Below the pieces are notes generated by a model. It made no database searches, was not told where the DNA came from, and was given only the letters and a program-made list of their open reading frames with translations. From a virus (Duplodnaviria > Heunggongvirae > Uroviricota > Caudoviricetes), in IMG/VR virus record IMGVR_UViG_3300042905_002309, positions 1-64,000 of that record: 64,000 nucleotides of DNA. One strand, written 5' to 3'. This document shows positions 9,031 to 20,100 of this stretch, piece after piece (positions within the stretch are counted from its first letter, which is position 1; each line of letters begins with the position of its first letter). Both the position numbers and the translations under genes were made by a program.

Positions 9031-12000
9031 TTAAATGTGTTGTAAAATATTCAACATATTATTATGAAGTTGAGCGATACATCTATTAAGTACATCAGAT
9101 GTAACCAACTCATTTACGCCTACAAACATATTATCCTTTGAGGTTAAATACATTGATGCATATTCTTCTGGTGTGTAATTAGTTATGACAATTTCCGCTA
9201 TACCATTTCCATTGGTCACATATGATACACTACCCAATAAACATCTACGGAATAATTCGATATTATCCCAAAAACGTTTAAATGATATGTTACATACCCA
9301 ATCCTGTATGTATTCATTTTTATTCACTAATAAATCAGATATATCCCATTTTACATTATTAAATTCACTGAATAAACTGTTATTGACCACGTTTACATCA
9401 AAATATTGCAATATATTCTGTGTATTAGCGACATACAAGGAATTATTTTCATCGTGATATATTGAGTTAAAGTTGGCGTTAGCAATTTCACGACCAATGA
9501 TACCTGCATATTTTCCATTCTCTTGAATTTTGATAATACATGTAGGACAAGCAACATATAAGAATCCGCTGTTATACATATTCTGGATTTTTAGTGGTAC
9601 GTTATTATCAGGATTGGTATAACTATAGCTATTAATAAATACGCCTTCGTAAGTGTATTTATATACCTTGGTCTTAGTTAATACATGGATATCATTCTGT
9701 GTATCAAAAGCAATACTGATAATACCATCAGTTTCGGGGGTAGTTCCAGTTATTTCAGTTGGTAATAAAGTTTGTAACCAACTTCCAGTTCGTGTATACT
9801 TTTTAATCGCAATATTATTCGTGTCAACAATCCATACGTTATCCTGTAAATCAATAACCAAATCGTTAGGATTATTAAACTTCATCTTAGAGTTTTTGCC
9901 ACCAAGTCCACCCCATTCATACAAGAACTTAGAAATAACTACATCAGATTCCTTATAAGCATCAAATACCAATACTCGGTGTTTTGGTGCGTCTAATATG
10001 TAGATTCTGCCAGTAGAGTCTACATCAACAGCTTTTGCTTCGGCTATCGCATCATCAATAGTTTTATTCGTAATTTTATGTAGTAATGGTGGATTCAATC
10101 GCATATCAAATAATTCTACCTTATTTGTATCAGCCACGTATAAGATATTATTCTTAGCAACAACATCATTAATAGCTGATAATGTAGCATCACTTAATGA
10201 TGTTGTCAAGTCATGATAATTTGGATAATCAACAATATTCCAACCAAATTTAACATAATTATCGTCATTGTATGATCCTAACCAACCAATAAAATCAATA
10301 GGTGGTAAGCTATAGAATTTGGTCATGTTAATCATGTATTCCATATTGCTATTCATTCGGTTAATAGAATTATTGAAATTGTCAGCGACACCCCACTCAT
10401 TGATAGGAATTTTCACTTGTTCCAAAGTATATGGTAAGGTTAATTCTTCTGTACCAAAGACTCTAGTAATATTAGGATCATATTCTGGATATGTTGATAA
10501 AATTGTTATGGCATTATAAATGGTGTTGGTATAGGTCTGACCACCAGATAATTCACCCGTAATACCAAAATTGAATGTTCCTTCAATTGGATAAGCAGAT
10601 ATAAGAAAATCGCTGTAATCTGTTCTATGATAATAACTACTATTACCGTCAAAGAAACTAAATCCAGTTAATAAATTTGATGATAGCGTATTGTTGAAGA
10701 TGTAAATATCCTCACCAATGATGCCGTATCTATGTCGTGGTGTAAATGATAATACAGGAGCCACTATGTAATTAATATTAACACTTGTTATTTCAGTAGT
10801 CGAATTTGTACCCCAATCATTAGGCGCAAATGTGTTAGGAATTGATGTATCAGAATCTCTTTTTATAGTTAATACCAATGGAGTTGTTGTGCCATATTTC
10901 AATGTTCCCATTAAATCGTCTGTATAACCTACAACTAAATTTGTACTGAAATCATCATCAGTACCAGTAATCGTCCATTTCAATGTTGATAAGAACCATT
11001 GTGAGACTCCATAAGCTTCATACAACGGAGTACTTGCTGGAAAACTAACTGATTTAGTAGCAGTGATAGGATATGTAGTGGTGATAATAATGTTATCACT
11101 ATATGAATTAATTTGGAGTGTAGGTGTATCATATGCTAATAACTTCATATTCTGAAAATATATGCTGCTGTTATCAGTTTCTTTTGTATTCGGATATGAC
11201 ATCGTAACACCATTAATATCACTATTGAAGGTTTCTGGCATCAATGGTGGTAATTCATCATTATGTAAACGTAACTTGATAGGTAAACCTGATGTTGGTG
11301 TCGTTGTAGATGTTGTAATATTTATCGCAGGTTTATTAGTCATTGTGAAAATTAATGGACTATTATCAACATACCAATTGTACGTTGGTGCAGTTGTATC
11401 ACTTGCAGATAAATAGAATATTTCGGTATGATCAACATCATAGCTTGATACACCATTTGTAGCGGTTATAACTGATGATGTATTAATAACTTGAGTTGTA
11501 TTAGATGTAAATACATACTTAGGCCAAACAACAAAATCAGCACTTAAAAAGGATGTTACGAAATGAAGATTGATATCAGCTTCAAAATCATGTGATGATA
11601 ACCAGTTTGATGCAGACACACCAGTTCTGAATAATTTTATTGTTGATAGTGCAGCCGTTGCATTATTACAAACAATACTTGATGATTGTGCAGTAGTTGT
11701 TCTTCCGTCACCATATTCAATCAATCGAGTACCTGATACAATTGGATTATTACTAAACCAAGAATTATCATATGTGCTCAACACATAAGAAGTACTTTTC
11801 TCTCTGTACATATCTGTGATAGCTGAACTATTTTCATAATTTGTTCGTAAATTTAAATTGACACTTGGGAATGTATCGATAATAACATTTCTGTTGGCTG
11901 ATGCTGAATACACATAAGCTTCTGGATCGTTATAATTGTTAAATGAACTTGCTTGTAAATTAAATGTACAATTTCTGCCGTAATCATTGTAATCAAATGT

Positions 12001-13842
12001 TTCTGAGGTCAATTTAACTACCACGGTATCATAGGTGTAATTATTACCATTGTATGCACTACCATCGAGGTTATAAATATTTGAACCACCTGAAATAGAA
12101 TTTGTCATATTCCATTTTATCTTATTGGCAGGATGTAATGGAACATACGTACCATTTTTATCATTTAAAAGTTTTGCCGTTAATGATCTAACAAATGGTG
12201 CATTATCCAATGCCACTGCTGATAGATAAACTGCTGTCGGTGCAGAGTATACTTGGAATGTGTGTAATTGTGAAATATTCGTAGAATCTACAAAAGGATT
12301 ACCAGAATATGCAACTTGTAATGTATAGATTTGATCTGGATCATTTTTATACTTCAATTTTAAATAATCTAGTCCATAATAACTATTACTAGCTGAAATA
12401 TTTCCACCTACATCGTAGAAATTTACAGTAGATAATAATCCAACGTTTCCAGTTAAATTCGTTCCAACTGTACAACCATAATATTTTAAATTTGATAAAT
12501 CATTAGGAACAATACCAGAACATGCTGTAATATAAGTTCCATAACTATCGATACCACTCCAAATAATAGGATATAATAAATTGTTGTAGTGTAAAACTCC
12601 TGACTCACCTAATACTGCTCTTTGTACATTCACTATTTCTGAGGTTAAGTCTTGGGTAATTGTAGTAAAGCTAATATCTTCACTTACAATTGGATCATAA
12701 TTAAATGTATAAACATATGGTATTCTTTTATCTGGTGTACCTTCTGCTTCGGCAAAAAAGGAACTTACAGTATATGTTTGATGTGTTAAATTAGTAGATG
12801 TCAATTGTACATAATCGGCAGAAATTGACCAGCCTGATACAGTGGTATTTGATATATCAAAAAGATCACCTGTCTTTAAAAAACGTGCAGATAATTTCAA
12901 ATCGTTTGTGGTGCTGGATTCACCTCTCCAAGAAATAGCTCTACCTAATGTAAAATTAAAAGGCCATATAGTACTGATGCCTGTTAGAAATTGTGAAGTA
13001 GTATTGTGTTTATATTGTACCGCACTTAATTGTACGTTAGTATAATCATAGCGATTATCGATAGAGTGTATTGATGGTGGATAAAAAATAATACTTTCTG
13101 CCGTGATATTAGGTACATCAGTCCAGCATGATATAAGAAAGGCTTTAGTATCGTTTTTCAACACTTCAAGTTTCAATGAAGCATTGGTAATATAAGGTGC
13201 ATATACATTTAATGGAGTAGCATAGTTGGCACAATATTTTATGAAAACCGTAGATGTGTTAGATGCAAACGTCGAACTTGATACGTTGTGGAAATCTACC
13301 CATAAATTACCGTTGGTGTAATCGACTAATCCTGAGACATTAGTACCACTTGTAAGATCATTATCCATCCATAGACCAGATAAAATACCGCTAAGTGGTG
13401 ATCCTATTGTCATATTTGAGTAGTTATCTATTTGAACTCTTCTATTACCATAAAATGTTGGATTACCAGCTAAACCTGGTCCACCAACACCTGTAACGCC
13501 TGTCATATAAACCTGAAAACTGGTTTCATTACCATTTAAAAACGGAGTTATTGAGTCTACTTGTGGAGTTAATTTCAAAGTAAAAGTTTGACTTGGTGCT
13601 AAAGGTGTTACGATAGGATAATCACGATAGGTGTGTTGACTAGTAGTAAGAATTTGAACGGTTGAATCATATGCAATAACTTCTGTTACTGGATCGATAC
13701 TACATACCGTCCAAAAGAAATTCATACTAGAATTGGGAACAACATAATTAACACCACTAAGGATTTTAACCGTAGTAGTATAAATTACATCATTTTCGTT
13801 TACATCAAATTTTAACGCAGATGTTGCCATATTTACTCCCAA
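9031..13842 (-). CDS. Large virion protein with C-terminal NHL/beta-propeller repeats
   Basis: 1603 aa, Ser/Thr-rich; FNNPNDL..D..DNVWIVDTNN NHL-like repeats. Confidence 0.6.
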   Translation of the reverse strand: MGVNMATSALKFDVNENDVIYTTTVKILSGVNYVVPNSSMNFFWTVCSIDPVTEVIAYDSTVQILTTSQHTYRDYPIVTPLAPSQTFTLKLTPQVDSITPFLNGNETSFQVYMTGVTGVGGPGLAGNPTFYGNRRVQIDNYSNMTIGSPLSGILSGLWMDNDLTSGTNVSGLVDYTNGNLWVDFHNVSSSTFASNTSTVFIKYCANYATPLNVYAPYITNASLKLEVLKNDTKAFLISCWTDVPNITAESIIFYPPSIHSIDNRYDYTNVQLSAVQYKHNTTSQFLTGISTIWPFNFTLGRAISWRGESSTTNDLKLSARFLKTGDLFDISNTTVSGWSISADYVQLTSTNLTHQTYTVSSFFAEAEGTPDKRIPYVYTFNYDPIVSEDISFTTITQDLTSEIVNVQRAVLGESGVLHYNNLLYPIIWSGIDSYGTYITACSGIVPNDLSNLKYYGCTVGTNLTGNVGLLSTVNFYDVGGNISASNSYYGLDYLKLKYKNDPDQIYTLQVAYSGNPFVDSTNISQLHTFQVYSAPTAVYLSAVALDNAPFVRSLTAKLLNDKNGTYVPLHPANKIKWNMTNSISGGSNIYNLDGSAYNGNNYTYDTVVVKLTSETFDYNDYGRNCTFNLQASSFNNYNDPEAYVYSASANRNVIIDTFPSVNLNLRTNYENSSAITDMYREKSTSYVLSTYDNSWFSNNPIVSGTRLIEYGDGRTTTAQSSSIVCNNATAALSTIKLFRTGVSASNWLSSHDFEADINLHFVTSFLSADFVVWPKYVFTSNTTQVINTSSVITATNGVSSYDVDHTEIFYLSASDTTAPTYNWYVDNSPLIFTMTNKPAINITTSTTTPTSGLPIKLRLHNDELPPLMPETFNSDINGVTMSYPNTKETDNSSIYFQNMKLLAYDTPTLQINSYSDNIIITTTYPITATKSVSFPASTPLYEAYGVSQWFLSTLKWTITGTDDDFSTNLVVGYTDDLMGTLKYGTTTPLVLTIKRDSDTSIPNTFAPNDWGTNSTTEITSVNINYIVAPVLSFTPRHRYGIIGEDIYIFNNTLSSNLLTGFSFFDGNSSYYHRTDYSDFLISAYPIEGTFNFGITGELSGGQTYTNTIYNAITILSTYPEYDPNITRVFGTEELTLPYTLEQVKIPINEWGVADNFNNSINRMNSNMEYMINMTKFYSLPPIDFIGWLGSYNDDNYVKFGWNIVDYPNYHDLTTSLSDATLSAINDVVAKNNILYVADTNKVELFDMRLNPPLLHKITNKTIDDAIAEAKAVDVDSTGRIYILDAPKHRVLVFDAYKESDVVISKFLYEWGGLGGKNSKMKFNNPNDLVIDLQDNVWIVDTNNIAIKKYTRTGSWLQTLLPTEITGTTPETDGIISIAFDTQNDIHVLTKTKVYKYTYEGVFINSYSYTNPDNNVPLKIQNMYNSGFLYVACPTCIIKIQENGKYAGIIGREIANANFNSIYHDENNSLYVANTQNILQYFDVNVVNNSLFSEFNNVKWDISDLLVNKNEYIQDWVCNISFKRFWDNIELFRRCLLGSVSYVTNGNGIAEIVITNYTPEEYASMYLTSKDNMFVGVNELVTSDVLNRCIAQLHNNMLNILQHI

Positions 13843-16169
13843 ATAATCTTAAATAGTTCCGCATAACTAGGAACGATCTTTTTAAGGTTATCCTTTATTA
13901 TATTCTCAATCATTATTCTTGTGTTACTATCACTTATCTGTAACCCGTTGATACGTATATTGTAATATTGTGACTTTAAACCGGGTAACTTAAATTTAAA
14001 GAATCGGCTAATTTCTTCCAAATAATTCTGATTACCTGTCGCCATATTCCAGATCAACTCATGATAATCAAACTTATTCAAATAAATGTAACGTATATCT
14101 GAATTATTTAGTACAGTATTATAGATTCTCAAGTCATCTATTTTACCTTTAAAGTACATTTGGTTCAAATTCAACTCATAAGCCAATGTAGTAATCTTAC
14201 CGACATTTGTGCCAATTAATAGAGGATTTTCATATTCGTAATAAATTGTATTATCCGTAGAAAGACTCTTGGTATCTCTTAATAAAGCATCCATGTAGAA
14301 TTTAACTGTACCATCTTCAACAGTGAAGGTGAATAAGTGCCAATTGTTGTTAGCTACGGCACTACATGGAATATTGCAAGTTTTTCTAGTAATTTGATTT
14401 AAACTATCAATAAACGTTACTTCTGTCTGTATTTGTGGTGTTTTATTATACTTTAGGTAATTAAATTTACGATTCCAATCATATGATGTAAAATTATTCA
14501 ACATTGGATAGGTATCAAAAACAGAAATGTCAATAAATTTGATTAAATTGCCGTTTGAATCTGTTTTATAAATCTTTTGTTCGTTGGCATAAGTAAAATA
14601 CGTAAATGTCTGCCAAATATCATCAATATATTCAGATGTAAAGCTAATTGCTCTATCAGTAGGTGTCGAATTGTCACCAACTGTACCAGAGGTGTACGCA
14701 AATGTCGTAGAATCCATCTTTAAGAATGAATTTGTTCCGAAAAGTACCCAAATGTAATTATCTTTATCACATCCTATGCTATTTCCGGTAATAACAGCAG
14801 ATGTTCCTTTATATACGGTACTATCTTGTACCATCCATACTGAATTATCATTATCTACCAATATTTGTGTTCCGCTTGTGCATTGTATATTAGAATTTAG
14901 ATCAATTGTCATATTCTGAATCTGAAATCCTGTCGTAATAATTGTTTCAATGGTGCTTAATTTATTTGTGAAGATATCAAATGAGGATGCTGTATTAGTG
15001 TTGGTATCTGCTACCCATAATAATTCTGAACCTAAAGTAATTGTGTTGAGGTCAGTCGTTGTGTCAAAATCAATAGAAGCTATTAAATCACCATTATAAT
15101 CAATCTTGTAAACCTTTTTAGCAGCATTATCAGACACCCAAGTAAATAGATTTTCATCGATGGTTGTACATGTTGGATTAGAAGGCTGTGGAAGGTGCTT
15201 AGAATTGATCACATGACCTTCAACATTCATAATGATCATCTTACCTGTGTTGTCTAAAAATGTCATATTTGGGTTAAAGAATCCATTATTATACTTGACA
15301 TTCCATCCACCACGATGATCCTTACTTACAAGATTACTCCCTGCCATGTTAGACCAATCTTTAGCATAAGCCCAAAAGGAAGTTGAAATATTATTATCTA
15401 ATACAAAACTTGGATCATATAAGGTTTGTGCATACTGATCAATTCCATCTAAATTTAATGCTGTATCAGTCGGTCTTTCAGCTTTATTAACCCCATCATA
15501 AGTTACTGAATTTGAATCATAGTTAACTACTGTTGTAGTATTGGCAAAAATTGATTCATCTGTTGGTCTAGCACTCCAATTATCCAAATGTAATCTAAGA
15601 CCACTATTTGCTGTCAATAAGGATACAATAGTTTCATTCTGAACATTTCCTACATGAAAATATTTGTAATAAACACCAGCATCAAAAGTCATTTCAGAGT
15701 CAATATCCATTATTACGCCACTTAAAGGTGTACTTACGAACATTGCGGTATTTGGATCAATATAACCGGGATTATACCAACGATCCTTCCATACAGGGAC
15801 AACATTAGGGTCAACCATATTACCCGATAACCAAGAACAAAGCCAGATACCAGTTTGTTTACCAACAGGCATAGCATTACCCCAAATGCTGGAACTAGAA
15901 TAATCAGCCATCTTCTTCCAAATTTTATCTGATACAAATGGATAGTCACCACAAATTGCTCCATCATTTACTAAGGCTGAATCATTTAAATTGATACTTG
16001 GAGCCGTTATAGGGTAATGGAAAAATGTAAACTGATCAGTTGGAAAGATTTGACTAATAGTATCACCAACAAAACCTAAAATAGGATTCTCATATCCAGT
16101 ATCTTGATTTGATCCTGTATAAATTCTATCATATTCTCTAAATTTTACTGCACTTGCTGTTATAGACAT
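13833..16169 (-). CDS. Virion protein with LamG/concanavalin-like domain and beta-propeller
   Basis: ALNLDG; WHLFTFT...FYMD...FKGKIDDLRIYNTVL. Confidence 0.65.
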   Translation of the reverse strand: MSITASAVKFREYDRIYTGSNQDTGYENPILGFVGDTISQIFPTDQFTFFHYPITAPSINLNDSALVNDGAICGDYPFVSDKIWKKMADYSSSSIWGNAMPVGKQTGIWLCSWLSGNMVDPNVVPVWKDRWYNPGYIDPNTAMFVSTPLSGVIMDIDSEMTFDAGVYYKYFHVGNVQNETIVSLLTANSGLRLHLDNWSARPTDESIFANTTTVVNYDSNSVTYDGVNKAERPTDTALNLDGIDQYAQTLYDPSFVLDNNISTSFWAYAKDWSNMAGSNLVSKDHRGGWNVKYNNGFFNPNMTFLDNTGKMIIMNVEGHVINSKHLPQPSNPTCTTIDENLFTWVSDNAAKKVYKIDYNGDLIASIDFDTTTDLNTITLGSELLWVADTNTNTASSFDIFTNKLSTIETIITTGFQIQNMTIDLNSNIQCTSGTQILVDNDNSVWMVQDSTVYKGTSAVITGNSIGCDKDNYIWVLFGTNSFLKMDSTTFAYTSGTVGDNSTPTDRAISFTSEYIDDIWQTFTYFTYANEQKIYKTDSNGNLIKFIDISVFDTYPMLNNFTSYDWNRKFNYLKYNKTPQIQTEVTFIDSLNQITRKTCNIPCSAVANNNWHLFTFTVEDGTVKFYMDALLRDTKSLSTDNTIYYEYENPLLIGTNVGKITTLAYELNLNQMYFKGKIDDLRIYNTVLNNSDIRYIYLNKFDYHELIWNMATGNQNYLEEISRFFKFKLPGLKSQYYNIRINGLQISDSNTRIMIENIIKDNLKKIVPSYAELFKIIWE

Positions 16170-16171
16170 GT

Positions 16172-17134
16172 TTATTCCTTCTTAACACCATATGCGTATT
16201 CTGGTGTCATAACGTTCTTCAACCCTAATAAATTCAATTTCATCGTACCAGTTCTGTTGGTTCCAAGATCAATTTTAGTCTTGTATGGATATTCAACCAA
16301 ATAATTATTTGTAACATCACTGATAACTTCCTTAATATCAACTGTTTTGTTAAAGAATTTATTCAATAGTTCGTTGTAATATTTTACCCACTTAATCTTA
16401 CCATCAAATCCAATTGCAAACATATTCAAATCATTTGTTACAGTAAATTTATAATTGTTTTCATCTACATAATGGCTATCAACAATCATTCCGACTGATT
16501 TAATCACATTTGAAGCATCTCCGTCATAATAACTTAAAAATCTATCGATAGTACTTAAATTACTATCATAAGTCGCCCAATTATCCATCTTGAACAACGT
16601 TTTGATGATGAACGTATCAGAACTTCCATCAGCATAGAATACAAATTTCTGTATATTATCTGTATCTGGCGTTAACTTCTCTTGTAATGTGATATTGAAG
16701 ATATTGTTATCGGTTACAACAGTTGCATATAAATTATTCTGTGAAATCGTGAAGTTTCCTTCCGTTGTTCTGGTAATTCTGAAAAATTCACTTGCGCCAA
16801 TAGTATCAGAAATTGCATATAAAGTATTGTTTACATTTGATATGTACTTCCCATTAGATGCTTGTAATGCTGTATAAATAACCAAATTTGTTGGATCAAT
16901 ATAAACCGTATCATCTAAAATGTTTTCTATTGATACCGAAGATGTAATCGCAAAAAATGATTCATTCGTAAATCGTAAATCTTTTGTTCCGTTAAAAATA
17001 TTATGATGATAAAACGAATAACCGTTGTCGTAGTTGTACAATAATGGATTCAAGTTTATTTTATCATCATAAAGGTATGATGCTGATAAACTATAAACAT
17101 TTGCTGCACTAATTGATGTTGATGTAAAACTCAT
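16172..17134 (-). CDS. Putative virion protein
   Basis: Start reassigned to MSFTSTS (AAGGA RBS, avoids overlap with upstream gene); ALQASNGKYIS is fascin-like. Confidence 0.55.
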   Translation of the reverse strand: MSFTSTSISAANVYSLSASYLYDDKINLNPLLYNYDNGYSFYHHNIFNGTKDLRFTNESFFAITSSVSIENILDDTVYIDPTNLVIYTALQASNGKYISNVNNTLYAISDTIGASEFFRITRTTEGNFTISQNNLYATVVTDNNIFNITLQEKLTPDTDNIQKFVFYADGSSDTFIIKTLFKMDNWATYDSNLSTIDRFLSYYDGDASNVIKSVGMIVDSHYVDENNYKFTVTNDLNMFAIGFDGKIKWVKYYNELLNKFFNKTVDIKEVISDVTNNYLVEYPYKTKIDLGTNRTGTMKLNLLGLKNVMTPEYAYGVKKE

Positions 17135-17141
17135 ATGTTCC

Positions 17142-20100
17142 TTATGTAGATGATAATAATAGGGTGTAATTATTTGTACTCTTAGTACCTTCAAAAACCA
17201 ATAAAACATCATTATCTCCCTGATACATTCTATTTTCAATAAGATGTACGTCACCATCAATATTTTGCATTGAAGGTAAGACAAGTGGGCCGATATCAAA
17301 ACTTGTCGTAGCAACACTATTGGTGTTACATGCATACGCTGATACATTTAAAGTGAAAATACCACCACCAACTGTGTTATGATAATTATGTGTCATTAAA
17401 AAGTTTCTAGGATCAGCTAAATTACTTAAATATGCACTTGTATTGTAATAGTCTGCGTAACTTGCTGATATTATTCTTGAAATTGTAATATGTTCAGTAC
17501 CATCACCAAAATCATATTCCATACGACAAATTGGGAACGATCCAGCAAATGTTGCAGAAGGATTTATGCTGACTGTCAATGGTGTACTAGATAATGGTGG
17601 TACTGTTACATCGATCTTACAAATAGGCATAATTTCTTTAACGTAAACTTGCATATTCTGTCTAAGTCCAGCACTACAATTGCTGACATATCCACTCTCA
17701 GCACTAACAATTGGTTGCAATGAAATATTATAAAACCCGGGCATAACAAATGTATGGATGCCAGTTGTCTTATATGATTCAGTAGTCCAAATAGGCCAAC
17801 CTGATGTTGGTGGATTAAAATATGTTGTATCGGTAGGTAATGGATTGACATAATAATCACTATAATTCCAAACTGATGCACTTAATGGTAATGATCGTCC
17901 ACTTATACTTCCATTGAATTGTATCTTTAAATATGGAGCATAACCAGAAATAAACTCATAATTTGTAGATATATTGTTGTTGTAAAAATGATTTGCACTA
18001 ACGATTGGGCTAAGTCCACCATCATCATTAAATAATGGCGTTACTGTCTCACCACTTAAAATGGTAAAAGTCAAAGCTGGACAAACTTCTAAAACATCAA
18101 TTTCTCTTGTTGCTGCAACTGTAAAGTTTTGATACATGTATGTTTCGTCTGTGACACCTGCTGATACATTCCACGAACTTGTTCCTGTATTACTTGCTGC
18201 AACCCAAAGTGTGGCATAATATTTACCGGGACCCATATACAAATGTTCAACCACGTTTTTACGTTCCGTTAAACAATCATCACTAATTGATGATAATGAT
18301 AAACTCGCTGTTAATGTTGCTGATGTAACATTAAGATACGTTGTTAACTGTGGAAGTGTAAATCCTAAATATGTAGGTTTATCTCCAAACGTCCAATGCC
18401 AAGCTGATATAGGCCATGAACCTGTAGTGGTTGTGTCATTAAATTGTGCCGAAAGTGGATCGTAACCCCAAACTACTCTGTTGGCATCTGTTTTTACTAA
18501 TCCATTATTACCGACAGGATATGCCGAAGCAGTTCCAACGTTCCAACTAGTTAGTGAATTTACTCTTATGGATGCTGTATCAAATGGTGTAATATTGAAA
18601 TTAGCTGTAGGCCATCTTTCAAAGACATTAACATCTACAGTATTACTTGATACTGATGTGATAATAGGATCACCTGAAAGTAAATAACAACTCTGATCAA
18701 AATTTAATGTACAGTATGGTATAAACTTGCCAATAGATTCAGCAGGGCCACCTGTCCATCTAGGTTGATATGGTTTACCATTTATTGATGGATCGTTGTA
18801 AGTATATACAATCGTGTTATCAACAGTGGTTGTTGATATCGTATTAGGTACAATGGTTCCTATATCAATGGTTTTATCTCTGTAATTAAATGTGTAACCG
18901 TTAGGTGAGAAGCTTCCACTTGTAATCATGGTAGCAGATAAGGTCGTTTTTAAGTTGTCATAACCAGATACCTTGGTAAACGTAGTATCGATTGAGGTCA
19001 AAGATTTCCAAAATGTTTTATCACACTTTGCTACATTATCATAAGTAGGATTGTTAACATTTAAAAGTACAACTGGATATATAACAGGTGGATGTATAAA
19101 ATCTGGCTCGGTTATAACATTTTGTGTTGCAAATAACATTGATGTTCCAATATTATCAGAATTGTATTCAGTGGTGTTACCAGCTATTCTTGGAAAACTA
19201 ATTTGACTACCAACACTAATATAATTTGGATAAACTCGTTTACCAGCACTAGCGTAATTTGTATTAGTATTGCACCAATTTGTGGCAGCAAAAGTTTGGT
19301 CGCCTAACGTACCTGATAATTTAACCCCATAAGACGAAAGATATTGTTGGGTTGGTCTAGCTGTTGCGCCTGATGCAAAGGTTAAATTTCTTGTTAAATA
19401 AAATTCGATATAAGGATTGTTTCCGTTGTTACCATAAGAATAATCTGTTGTTCTTCCTGATGATGTAGCAAAAGAACTTGGTAATGCTGGATATGTACAT
19501 AATCCACCACTTGAAAATGCGGTACTACTTTCAAGATTGTAAATCAATGTTAATGCGTTTAATGATGGTAATTCTTGTGTAACCCAAATATTGTTCTGTG
19601 TATCAACATTAATATGTACTGGATTAGTAACATTCCAATAGTCGGTAGATAAAGTTGGTGTAAGTGAGTTATAATACAAACCAGCAGTTCTATTACTTTC
19701 GTTAAATGTATTTGAACCATTCCAAGTCAATTTATGTACTTTATTTTCGATTTCATTAACTTGATAAATATTATAAGAATTACCACTTAAAATACCGAAA
19801 CTTGGATATGATGCGGCTAATCCCTTTTGACTATAAATAGGTATTGGATTATCTTTAGGTGTAGGAGTTCTTCTATCACCCATAAATGGTCTACCACCAG
19901 AGTCACCACCATTAGGTGAGGTTCCAACCCAACTAAGTGCTGTACGATATGGTTGTGATGAACTCGTAAATGGATAATAATGTATATTTGCTCCTGATAC
20001 GGTATACGGGAAAAGTTGTCCGTTAGTTGCACTATTATTTACATTAGTAGTAACACCATAAATATATCCAATATCTTGTAAAAAGTTTACATCTTCATAA

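Noticed and set aside
17135-17347. N-terminal extension of the 16172 ORF
   Set aside because: Overlaps the upstream gene; a better start with RBS exists at 17134.
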